A program made the position numbers and the translations under genes. The notes under the pieces were generated by a model. It made no database searches, was not told where the DNA came from, and saw nothing but the letters and a program-made list of their open reading frames with translations. This document shows, one piece after another, positions 56,914-62,353 of a stretch of DNA of 64,000 nucleotides (positions are counted from its first letter, which is position 1; each line of letters begins with the position of its first letter). The stretch lies in IMG/VR virus record IMGVR_UViG_3300050821_004478, one strand, 5' to 3'. This stretch comes from a virus.

Positions 56914-57030
56914 TCTTATCTCCACACCCAGCCACATGCTGGACAAACTTTTATCTCTCCCGAATTCTTTCGAAGTAGGAGTTTACAAACAGCACAAAGA
57001 CGCGTCCACACGAAACCTCCGTGCAGCTAA

Positions 57031-57414
57031 TTAACTGCCGTGAGCTACTCCCAAAAAGTCTAGCCAGTAGGAAGCGTTGCCACCGAGGTTGATAACTTGG
57101 AGAATGTCAAGACTGGAGGGATTCGCGAATGCGTCAGCGAAGTAATGCGCTGTGGTATCACCTGAGGAAAGATGTGTCTCATATTGAGCGATTCTTGTAG
57201 CACCTGCGCCGCCGTCAAACGTTGTAGCATTAACGGCTGGATTATGAACTGCGCCCGCGCTATCGACGTTGAGTACAATTAAACCATCCGACACAATCTG
57301 AATCAAATCAAGATTCTGGCTAGCAACGCCATTAGGCGTAACTTGAGGGAACGCGGTAGCAACCGATGCTCCGGGCTGCGCTGCGATCAATGCTGTGGTT
57401 GTTGCTGCGGCCAT
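57031..57414 (-). CDS. hypothetical protein
   Basis: 127-aa ORF, the first gene downstream of the tRNA array. Confidence 0.5.
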   Translation of the reverse strand: MAAATTTALIAAQPGASVATAFPQVTPNGVASQNLDLIQIVSDGLIVLNVDSAGAVHNPAVNATTFDGGAGATRIAQYETHLSSGDTTAHYFADAFANPSSLDILQVINLGGNASYWLDFLGVAHGS

Positions 57415-57435
57415 GTTGTCTCCATATTACTAAAA

Positions 57436-57510
57436 TGGTTGCCTGATTTGGATTCGGACCAAAACTTCCGCTTTCAGAGAGCGGCGTGCTACCGGTTGCA
57501 CTATCTGGCA
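57436..57510 (-). tRNA. tRNA-Gln: tRNA-Gln (anticodon CUG)
   Basis: D arm GUGC/GCAC; anticodon arm CCGCU-CUCUGAA-AGCGG; T arm UUUGG-UCCGAAU-CCAAA; CCA encoded; one A-A mismatch in the acceptor. Confidence 0.8.
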
Positions 57511-57608
57511 ATTGAAATAAAAGTCGTCCCTACTAAGGCGATGGGGTCCTTTTCCTCCGAGGTCACATCGCGCTGCTTCCTCAAAGTACCAGACCGACGA
57601 CCCGAGAT
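57511..57608 (-). ncRNA. unassigned structured spacer between tRNAs (candidate processed stable RNA)
   Basis: 98 nt with no cloverleaf. Terminal pairing GGGUCGUC...GACGAC and an internal GAGG...CCUC hairpin. Confidence 0.25.
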
Positions 57609-57684
57609 TGGTTGCTCATGAAGGACTCGAACCTTCATCTTCGGATTCAAAGTCCGAGGTCCTCCCAATTAGACGAGAGAGCAA
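57609..57684 (-). tRNA. tRNA-Gln: tRNA-Gln (anticodon UUG)
   Basis: Anticodon arm UCGGA-CUUUGAA-UCCGA; T arm GAAGG-UUCGAGU-CCUUC; CCA encoded; 1-2 mismatches at the base of the acceptor. Confidence 0.75.
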
Positions 57685-57691
57685 TAGAAAC

Positions 57692-57765
57692 TGGTCCCGA
57701 GCCACCGAGTCGAGCGGTGTCTTCTCCGTCTTCAGCGGAGGGTGCAACCCTTACACCTGCAGGGG
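57692..57765 (-). tRNA. tRNA-Phe: tRNA-Phe (anticodon GAA), non-canonical
   Basis: Anticodon arm CUCCG-CUGAAGA-CGGAG; T arm CACCG-CUCGACU-CGGUG; acceptor CCCCUGC/GCUCGGG has two central mismatches; CCA encoded. Confidence 0.55.
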
Positions 57766-57766
57766 A

Positions 57767-57952
57767 TTAAATAAGTTCAATAGTAAATGCGTGTGGGTTT
57801 GAGAACTCACCATACTTACAGGTGACTTTCAGTTTTCCCAAATCAAACTGTGTGAACGTAAACTCATGAGGCAGCAAGTTATGAGAAATGAATTGTTGTT
57901 TCAGTTCTCGAATCAATGAGACGTCGATTTTATCTGCCTGCTCTTGAGTCAT
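57767..57952 (-). CDS. small hypothetical protein (61 aa)
   Basis: Start trimmed to the MTQEQ ATG with a GAAGGA RBS. The longer ORF would run through tRNA-Ser. Confidence 0.45.
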   Translation of the reverse strand: MTQEQADKIDVSLIRELKQQFISHNLLPHEFTFTQFDLGKLKVTCKYGEFSNPHAFTIELI

Positions 57953-57967
57953 TGTTGTTCCTTCAAA

Positions 57968-58054
57968 TGGCGGAGAGCCAAGGAGTCGAACCCTGTCACG
58001 CGTGAGCGTGTCTCTGTTTTCAAGACAGTTAAGCACCGTTGCTAGCTGCCCTCC
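57968..58054 (-). tRNA. tRNA-Ser: tRNA-Ser (anticodon UGA), type II
   Basis: Acceptor GGAGGGC/GCUCUCC; anticodon loop CUUGAAA; long variable arm CACGC-UCAC-GCGUG; T loop UUCGACU; CCA encoded. Confidence 0.85.
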
Positions 58055-58197
58055 GTAAAATTTGCCCGTTACAGATGAGTCCTCCTCGTGAAGGTCATCA
58101 CCCTAAGCTCCCACGGGTCCGAGGCATGATCGCGTCGCCCGGGTAACGTCCTTCTAGTCCGGCAGCACCACGCGATGGAACAACATCAAGATTAAAT
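58055..58197 (-). ncRNA. unassigned structured spacer between tRNAs (candidate processed stable RNA)
   Basis: 143 nt with no cloverleaf and no ORF. Contains a 7-bp helix AUCGCGU...ACGCGAU. Confidence 0.3.
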
Positions 58198-58283
58198 TGG
58201 CGGAACGAGAAGGAGTCGAACCTTCACGACCTCTCGGTCGCAAGTTTAGCAAACTTGTCCGGCTACCGTTTCGGCACCGTTCC
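58198..58283 (-). tRNA. tRNA-Ser: tRNA-Ser (anticodon GCU), type II
   Basis: Acceptor GGAACGG/UCGUUCC; anticodon arm CAAGU-UUGCUAA-ACUUG; variable arm CGACC-GAGA-GGUCG; CCA encoded. Confidence 0.85.
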
Positions 58284-58284
58284 A

Positions 58285-58332
58285 TGTCAACTTATAGATT
58301 GACAAATAACTCTCGTTTGTCAACTTATAGAT
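58285..58332. repeat. 15-bp direct repeat TGTCAACTTATAGAT x2 (period 33) between tRNA genes
   Basis: Exact copies at 58285-58299 and 58318-58332. Confidence 0.8.
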
Positions 58333-58343
58333 GTACAAAATTT

Positions 58344-58420
58344 TGGCGGGAAGCGACGGACTCGAACCGCCACCCTTCGGGTTGGAGCCGAAGATGCTGC
58401 CACTAACACTTGCGACCCGC
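58344..58420 (-). tRNA. tRNA-Trp: tRNA-Trp-like (anticodon CCA) with aberrant acceptor/T geometry
   Basis: Anticodon arm CUUCGG-CUCCAAC-CCGAAG; T arm GGCGG-UUCGAGU-CCGUC. The 5' strand GCGGGUCGC pairs with the 3' strand GCUUCCCGC only with two internal mismatches. Confidence 0.5.
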
Positions 58421-58426
58421 TGAAAC

Positions 58427-58514
58427 TGGTGGATAGTGAACGACTCGAACGTTCGAAGCCCACATGGGGCGCGTGTTTTACAGACACGAGCAATTGCCGC
58501 TATGCGAACCATCC
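58427..58514 (-). tRNA. tRNA-Tyr: tRNA-Tyr (anticodon GUA), type II
   Basis: Acceptor GGAUGGU/ACUAUCC; anticodon arm CGUGU-CUGUAAA-ACACG; long variable arm; T arm GAACG-UUCGAGU-CGUUC; CCA encoded. Confidence 0.85.
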
Positions 58515-58522
58515 ATGAAACT

Positions 58523-58596
58523 TGGAGCACCACAACTGAATCGAACAGTTGCCTCTGCCTTACGAAGGAAGTGTCCTGCCACTGGACCAGCAGTGC
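58523..58596 (-). tRNA. tRNA-Thr: tRNA-Thr (anticodon CGU)
   Basis: D arm GUCC/GGAC; anticodon loop UUCGUAA; T arm AACUG-UUCGAUU-CAGUU; CCA encoded. Confidence 0.8.
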
Positions 58597-58604
58597 TCAA
58601 AACT

Positions 58605-58844
58605 TTACTTTACGTGCGCGCGAAACCATGCTGCTAGACGCGCTGGCCACCATGAGGGCGGCTGCGGCGGCTTCTGCTTTGCAATTGGCGTGTTGAGCAT
58701 TCCGTTGTAGGAAGGCATAAGCACGCTGCCGTCGTCGTAATAGATCGGACCATTCACGGCTTTGTCGCCGTACTTGAATGAGCCTGCGGGAAACGGATTG
58801 CTCTGGCTACCGTCTGGTACTGGCACTACTGGCGTTGTTGCCAT
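58605..58844 (-). CDS. small hypothetical protein (79 aa)
   Basis: Start trimmed to the MATTPV ATG with an AGGAGA RBS. The longer ORF would run through tRNA genes. Confidence 0.45.
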   Translation of the reverse strand: MATTPVVPVPDGSQSNPFPAGSFKYGDKAVNGPIYYDDGSVLMPSYNGMLNTPIAKQKPPQPPSWWPARLAAWFRAHVK

Positions 58845-58860
58845 GCGTTCTCCTAAAAGT

Positions 58861-58935
58861 TGGAGCGAGATACCAGAATCGAACTGGTGCCTAAACCTTG
58901 GCAAGGTCTCGTACAAACCACTATACGAATCCCGC
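58861..58935 (-). tRNA. tRNA-Gly: tRNA-Gly (anticodon GCC)
   Basis: Acceptor GCGGGAU/AUCUCGC; anticodon loop UUGCCAA; T arm ACCAG-UUCGAUU-CUGGU; CCA encoded. Confidence 0.85.
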
Positions 58936-58942
58936 TTAAAAT

Positions 58943-59018
58943 TGGAGCAAAGTGATGGATTCGAACCACCGTGTCGAAGGTACAAGCTTCGCATACTAGG
59001 CCGCTGTATGAACCATGC
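58943..59018 (-). tRNA. tRNA-Thr: tRNA-Thr (anticodon UGU)
   Basis: Anticodon arm CGAAG-CUUGUAC-CUUCG; T arm GGUGG-UUCGAAU-CCAUC; CCA encoded; U4-U69 mismatch. Confidence 0.8.
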
Positions 59019-59020
59019 TC

Positions 59021-59094
59021 TGGAGCCAAGACGTGGAATCGGACCACGGCCTCCTCCTTACCAAGGAGGAATTCTGCCACTAGACTATCTAGGC
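59021..59094 (-). tRNA. tRNA-Thr: tRNA-Thr (anticodon GGU)
   Basis: Anticodon arm CCUCC-UUGGUAA-GGAGG; T arm CGUGG-UCCGAUU-CCACG; CCA encoded; U4-U69 mismatch. Confidence 0.8.
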
Positions 59095-59103
59095 TCAAAA
59101 CTT

Positions 59104-59451
59104 TTACTTCAAAGAAATCTTTGATGCCTTCAGCTTCAGAAAATTTCTGATAACCTGAATGCCTTCGACAACGGAGACGCCAGCTAGGAATGCATATCCT
59201 GCGCCGAGGTTATGAGCCGCGATTACCGCTCCGACGCCCAGGACCGCTACCGCGCTAAGGAACGCGCTCAACGACTGGCCAATCTTTGCAAAAAGAAACT
59301 TCATGACCGGGTTGCCTTCCACAAAGCCGTGCTGCAGACCGATCATGGTGGTGTAAGCATCACCCAACACCGCGACGAGACTTGTAAAACTTAGTGCAGC
59401 CAAGAGAACCGTCTGTCCTGCTGTCCATGTGCCTACTGGAGGTGTGAACAT
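59104..59451 (-). CDS. membrane protein (DUF5658-like, ...GFVEGNP... motif)
   Basis: Start trimmed to the MFTPPV ATG. Four hydrophobic helices. The longer ORF would run through tRNA-Gly. Confidence 0.5.
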   Translation of the reverse strand: MFTPPVGTWTAGQTVLLAALSFTSLVAVLGDAYTTMIGLQHGFVEGNPVMKFLFAKIGQSLSAFLSAVAVLGVGAVIAAHNLGAGYAFLAGVSVVEGIQVIRNFLKLKASKISLK

Positions 59452-59466
59452 TAATTCTCCTAAAAA

Positions 59467-59540
59467 TGGAGCGAACTGCGAGACTCGAACTCGCTTCTCC
59501 GGCTTGGAAGACCAGGGCACAACCTATATGCCAAGCTCGC
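59467..59540 (-). tRNA. tRNA-Gly: tRNA-Gly (anticodon UCC)
   Basis: Acceptor GCGAGCU/AGUUCGC; anticodon loop CUUCCAA; T arm GCGAG-UUCGAGU-CUCGC; CCA encoded. Confidence 0.85.
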
Positions 59541-59548
59541 TCAGAAAT

Positions 59549-59635
59549 TGGTTGCAGGGGCCAGATTCGAACTGGCGGTGTGCTTTCGCATCGGGCTTAT
59601 GAGACCCGCGACATCGGCCACTAGTCGACCCTACA
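59549..59635 (-). tRNA. 87-nt type II (long variable arm) tRNA with CAU anticodon
   Basis: Acceptor UGUAGGG/CCCUGCA; A73; 11-nt D loop; anticodon arm CGGGU-CUCAUAA-GCCCG; about 15-nt variable arm containing UGC-GAAA-GCA; T arm GCCAG-UUCGAAU-CUGGC; CCA encoded. Confidence 0.7.
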
Positions 59636-59699
59636 ACTGAAACTTTATTTGCTCATCACCCAGATCACATACACGACTGAGATGATGACGCCCAGAACG

Positions 59700-59942
59700 T
59701 TACAGACTGTTCGCGTCAGCGCCATTTTCTGATCTAAGCTGAGCGACATTCTTTTCGTCCTTTTTCTTGTTGCGACCGTCATACCACTTTCGTCGCAATC
59801 CCAAATATTCGAGTTGAGCCTTCAGACTCTCCTCCGCTGCGACTCGCATCGCACGATCATCTTTCCAGATGCTGATTAGAAAGTATAAGGCTACTAAGTC
59901 GACCGCCAGTGCTGCAACCGAGGCTGCGTCTGCTATCGTCAT
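59700..59942 (-). CDS. small membrane-anchored protein
   Basis: 80 aa with an N-terminal TM helix followed by a charged helix. Confidence 0.45.
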   Translation of the reverse strand: MTIADAASVAALAVDLVALYFLISIWKDDRAMRVAAEESLKAQLEYLGLRRKWYDGRNKKKDEKNVAQLRSENGADANSL

Positions 59943-59964
59943 AGATCACCGATCAGGACGAAAA

Positions 59965-60040
59965 TGGTTCCCCAGGTTGGATTCGGACCAACGACCCCTT
60001 GCTTATCAGGCGAGTGCTCTAGCCACTGAGCTACCGGGAA
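59965..60040 (-). tRNA. tRNA-Ile: tRNA-Ile (anticodon GAU)
   Basis: D arm UAGCUCAGUGGCUAGAGC; anticodon loop CUGAUAA; T arm GUUGG-UCCGAAU-CCAAC; CCA encoded. Confidence 0.85.
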
Positions 60041-60048
60041 ATTGAAAC

Positions 60049-60363
60049 TTATTTACGTTGAAGTCTTGCGTACCAAAGAAGCTGATGTTGATAGTCTTCT
60101 TCAGCGGTGCAGAAACTCCAAGGCCAAAACTTTTCGAGTGTCGGGGGGAACTGCAACGTCTGCTTCCCGTCGCGACCCCAAGACCACACATCGTTGAAAC
60201 TTGCTTCCAGGCGTTTCGGGATGACTAGTTCTTCCCAATCTTTGCAATCCCTGATTGCCTGCTCTTGCGCCCGACGCCAGCAGCGGCGAGCAACCATCTT
60301 GTCGTGCGCCGCTGATCTCACGCCTGTGATGGCAGAGTACGGCTTGCGATAACTTTTTGACAT
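60049..60363 (-). CDS. hypothetical protein
   Basis: 104-aa ORF between tRNA genes. Confidence 0.5.
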   Translation of the reverse strand: MSKSYRKPYSAITGVRSAAHDKMVARRCWRRAQEQAIRDCKDWEELVIPKRLEASFNDVWSWGRDGKQTLQFPPTLEKFWPWSFCTAEEDYQHQLLWYARLQRK

Positions 60364-60413
60364 TGAAACCTCCGTAGGTTTACCTAATACATGTCATGTT
60401 ATCTCCTTAAAAT

Positions 60414-60486
60414 TGGTGGACCGATGGGGAGTCGAACCCCTTTTTCTCGGTGCAAGCGAGACGTATACCCGTCCTACTCTCAGCCC
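60414..60486 (-). tRNA. tRNA-Ala: tRNA-Ala (anticodon UGC)
   Basis: Acceptor GGGCUGA/UCGGUCC with G3-U70; anticodon arm UCUCG-CUUGCAC-CGAGA; CCA encoded. Confidence 0.8.
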
Positions 60487-60492
60487 ATAAAG

Positions 60493-60567
60493 TGGTAGCG
60501 TAGCAGAGACTCGAACTCTGTCTTCGTGCTTGAAAGGCACGATGCCTAACCCATAGCAGACTGCGCC
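60493..60567 (-). tRNA. tRNA-Glu: tRNA-Glu (anticodon UUC)
   Basis: Anticodon arm CGUGC-CUUUCAA-GCACG; T arm CAGAG-UUCGAGU-CUCUG; CCA encoded; C5-A68 mismatch. Confidence 0.8.
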
Positions 60568-60576
60568 ACTGAAAAT

Positions 60577-60663
60577 TTATTCGCCCTTCGGTGCCTTGAA
60601 GAACCAAGCAGCGAGCAGAAGCACAAACAGTGTGCCTCCGATGATCTCAAATATGACTGTCAT
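60577..60663 (-). CDS. possible 28-aa membrane peptide
   Basis: Translation MTVIFEIIGGTLFVLLLAAWFFKAPKGE. Weak RBS. Below the ORF-track cutoff. Confidence 0.3.
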   Translation of the reverse strand: MTVIFEIIGGTLFVLLLAAWFFKAPKGE

Positions 60664-60671
60664 CTCTATTC

Positions 60672-60875
60672 CTATTGCACAATCACTATCGGTGCCGGAA
60701 GTCTGAATGGCTTCCCCAACAGCGCCCCGTGTGGTCCTACTTTCATGAAGAGATCAGCGGAGCCATCCTTGTAAACATACAAGTGCCAACCGCGCGCTCT
60801 CTTATAATTTAGAACCGGATAGACATACGTGCCGTCTCCTTGTTCTTCAATCTCGATACAGTGATTTGCGATCAT
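60672..60875 (-). CDS. hypothetical protein
   Basis: 67-aa ORF. Confidence 0.45.
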   Translation of the reverse strand: MIANHCIEIEEQGDGTYVYPVLNYKRARGWHLYVYKDGSADLFMKVGPHGALLGKPFRLPAPIVIVQ

Positions 60876-60925
60876 AATGTTCTCCGTTGCTCAACGAGCA
60901 TATTATTCTACGGTGCTTCGAACTT

Positions 60926-61001
60926 TGGTAGCGTCGACGGGATTCTAACCCGTGTGGCCTGATTGAGAATCAGGAATCCTAGAACACTAGATGACATCGC
61001 C
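60926..61001 (-). tRNA. tRNA-Glu: tRNA-Glu (anticodon CUC)
   Basis: Anticodon arm CCUGA-UUCUCAA-UCAGG; T arm ACGGG-UUAGAAU-CCCGU; CCA encoded; A5-A68 mismatch. Confidence 0.75.
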
Positions 61002-61139
61002 ACAGAAATCGGTCTTCCTCATCGGCGCGTCCCAGCCGAATCGCCCGAGGGCTAGCCTCGTGCCTTTCTCACGCGCGATACTCAGCACGCCTCGCCCTTA
61101 GTGGACGTCTCACACGGTAGATGCCCGTGATCGGAAGTT
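61002..61139 (-). ncRNA. unassigned structured spacer between tRNAs (candidate processed stable RNA)
   Basis: 138 nt. Closing helix CUUCC...GGAAG, nested helices CGAGG[CGUGC...GCACG]...CCUCG, and hairpin CACGG-GCAUCUA-CCGUG. Confidence 0.3.
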
Positions 61140-61225
61140 TGGTGCGCTAGGTGGGAGTCGGACCCACAATCCCTTTCGGGCCGGGGGTTTTAAGTCCCCT
61201 GCGTATGCCATTCCGCCACACGCGC
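61140..61225 (-). tRNA. tRNA-Leu: tRNA-Leu (anticodon UAA), type II
   Basis: D arm GCGG..CGC; anticodon loop CUUAAAA; variable arm GGCCC-GAAA-GGGAU; A73; CCA encoded; two acceptor mismatches. Confidence 0.7.
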
Positions 61226-61230
61226 AAAGA

Positions 61231-61305
61231 TGGTGCCTCGTGATGGAATCGGACCATCGTCTCGACTTTATAAGAATCGGGCCTTCGCCATTAGACGAAC
61301 GAGGA
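61231..61305 (-). tRNA. tRNA-Ile: tRNA-Ile (anticodon UAU)
   Basis: Anticodon arm CGAUU-CUUAUAA-AGUCG; T arm GAUGG-UCCGAUU-CCAUC; CCA encoded; U1-C72 mismatch. Confidence 0.7.
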
Positions 61306-61314
61306 ACTGAAAAT

Positions 61315-61390
61315 TGGTACGAAGCAGAGGAATCGAACCTCTCTAGCCAGTGTGTAGGACTGGTGCATAGTGCCTATCTGCCAGCCTCGT
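61315..61390 (-). tRNA. tRNA-Val: tRNA-Val (anticodon UAC)
   Basis: Acceptor ACGAGGC/GCUUCGU; anticodon arm CCAGU-CCUACAC-ACUGG (C at position 33); T arm AGAGG-UUCGAUU-CCUCU; CCA encoded. Confidence 0.75.
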
Positions 61391-61397
61391 ATTGAAC

Positions 61398-61817
61398 CTA
61401 CCTATCCAATCGGAGTTCTTTGCAATAATGCTGTAGTCCAGTCCAACGTCCTTTGTCGACATTGAAGTTTCCGATTGGTTCAAACTTTTTGTGACCGACA
61501 CACCATGACATGCCTTCTGGCGCAATTTTTCTTTTAGATACCCCACCATGATAAATATGCTGACGGTTGCAATCCAAATGAGAGAATGCGACGTTGTCCA
61601 TATCCCAGAACAACTCGGCAGAGCGACCTTCCCACGGTCTGACGTGCTCTATGCTCAGTTCATCCACCGTCTCGATTTCTTTTTCACATCGAGCACATAT
61701 ATTGTCTCGGTACTTTTTCAATTGCCTGAATAGAACCATCTTACGAAGTCTATTCATCGCGGTGCCTTGTGGCATCCCGAGAGTCTCGATGACTCTCTGT
61801 GTTCTTGCGTTTGACAT
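61398..61817 (-). CDS. HNH homing endonuclease (paralogue of 63419-63799)
   Basis: Motif ...CARCEKEI...LSIEHVRPW...NVAFSHLDCN. Confidence 0.7.
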   Translation of the reverse strand: MSNARTQRVIETLGMPQGTAMNRLRKMVLFRQLKKYRDNICARCEKEIETVDELSIEHVRPWEGRSAELFWDMDNVAFSHLDCNRQHIYHGGVSKRKIAPEGMSWCVGHKKFEPIGNFNVDKGRWTGLQHYCKELRLDR

Positions 61818-61858
61818 AGTCGTTAGCCTCTGGCTGTAGATTTATGTGTTTGTAAAAT

Positions 61859-61934
61859 TGGTGCATCGCTCCAGGCTCGAACTGGAACTCCGTCGCTTAA
61901 AAGGCGAGTACGCTGCCGCTCGCGTCCGCAATGC
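61859..61934 (-). tRNA. tRNA-Lys: tRNA-Lys (anticodon UUU)
   Basis: Acceptor GCAUUGC/GCGAUGC; anticodon loop CUUUUAA; T arm UCCAG-UUCGAGC-CUGGA; CCA encoded. Confidence 0.8.
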
Positions 61935-61944
61935 ACAGAAAATT

Positions 61945-62019
61945 TGGTGGACTCGGTGGGATTCGAACCCACACCAAATCGGTTAAGAGCCGAGTATGCA
62001 ACCGTAACACCTCGGGTCC
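61945..62019 (-). tRNA. tRNA-Lys: tRNA-Lys (anticodon CUU)
   Basis: Acceptor GGACCCG/CGAGUCC; anticodon loop CUCUUAA; T arm GUGGG-UUCGAAU-CCCAC; CCA encoded. Confidence 0.8.
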
Positions 62020-62026
62020 ACTGTAG

Positions 62027-62353
62027 TTTTGGTGACGCTATAATCAGGATTCTGTCGAGGACGAACATTCCTCTCAAGTCGCTTTCGCGAAGCACGCTAC
62101 CCGCTCGTCATCCCGCTCAACAAGCGGTCAGAGCCTATTTGCGCTTGCACGAGTGTGGAGTTCGCTGACTCGAATGGCTCTTAAAGGCACCTTAACTGAG
62201 TTAGTGTGCTCTCAAGGGCACCAGCCCTTACCCGAACGCTTACGCGCCCCGCATCTTCCACGGCACTCTGTTGAGACGTGTCCTGAATTTCCTCGACGCG
62301 CCTTGGAGTATTTCACCGAGGGCTTACCGCCGCGTTCGTCTACGCTACCAAAA
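62027..62353 (-). ncRNA. rnpB: RNase P RNA (bacterial type A-like, reduced)
   Basis: On the minus strand: P1 UUUUGGU/ACCAAAA; P2 GACGAAC/GUUCGUC; P4 5' strand GAGGAAAUUCAGGA with a bulged U, pairing with the 3' strand ACAGAAUCCUGAUUA. Conserved blocks GGGUAAGGG, AACUCCAC..GCAAGCGCAAAUAGG and CGACAGAA occur in the canonical order. Confidence 0.8.

Noticed and set aside
58285-58332. Internal promoter formed by the repeated ATCTATAAGTTGACA
   Set aside because: The -35 to -10 spacings are 21 nt (to TATAAG), or give poor -10 hexamers at 17-19 nt. It is kept only as a repeat.
57767-59520. Long N-terminal extensions of ORFs 57767-58036, 58605-58994 and 59104-59520
   Set aside because: The extensions read through tRNA genes. 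Internal ATGs with good RBSs (57952, 58844, 59451) give tRNA-free CDSs.
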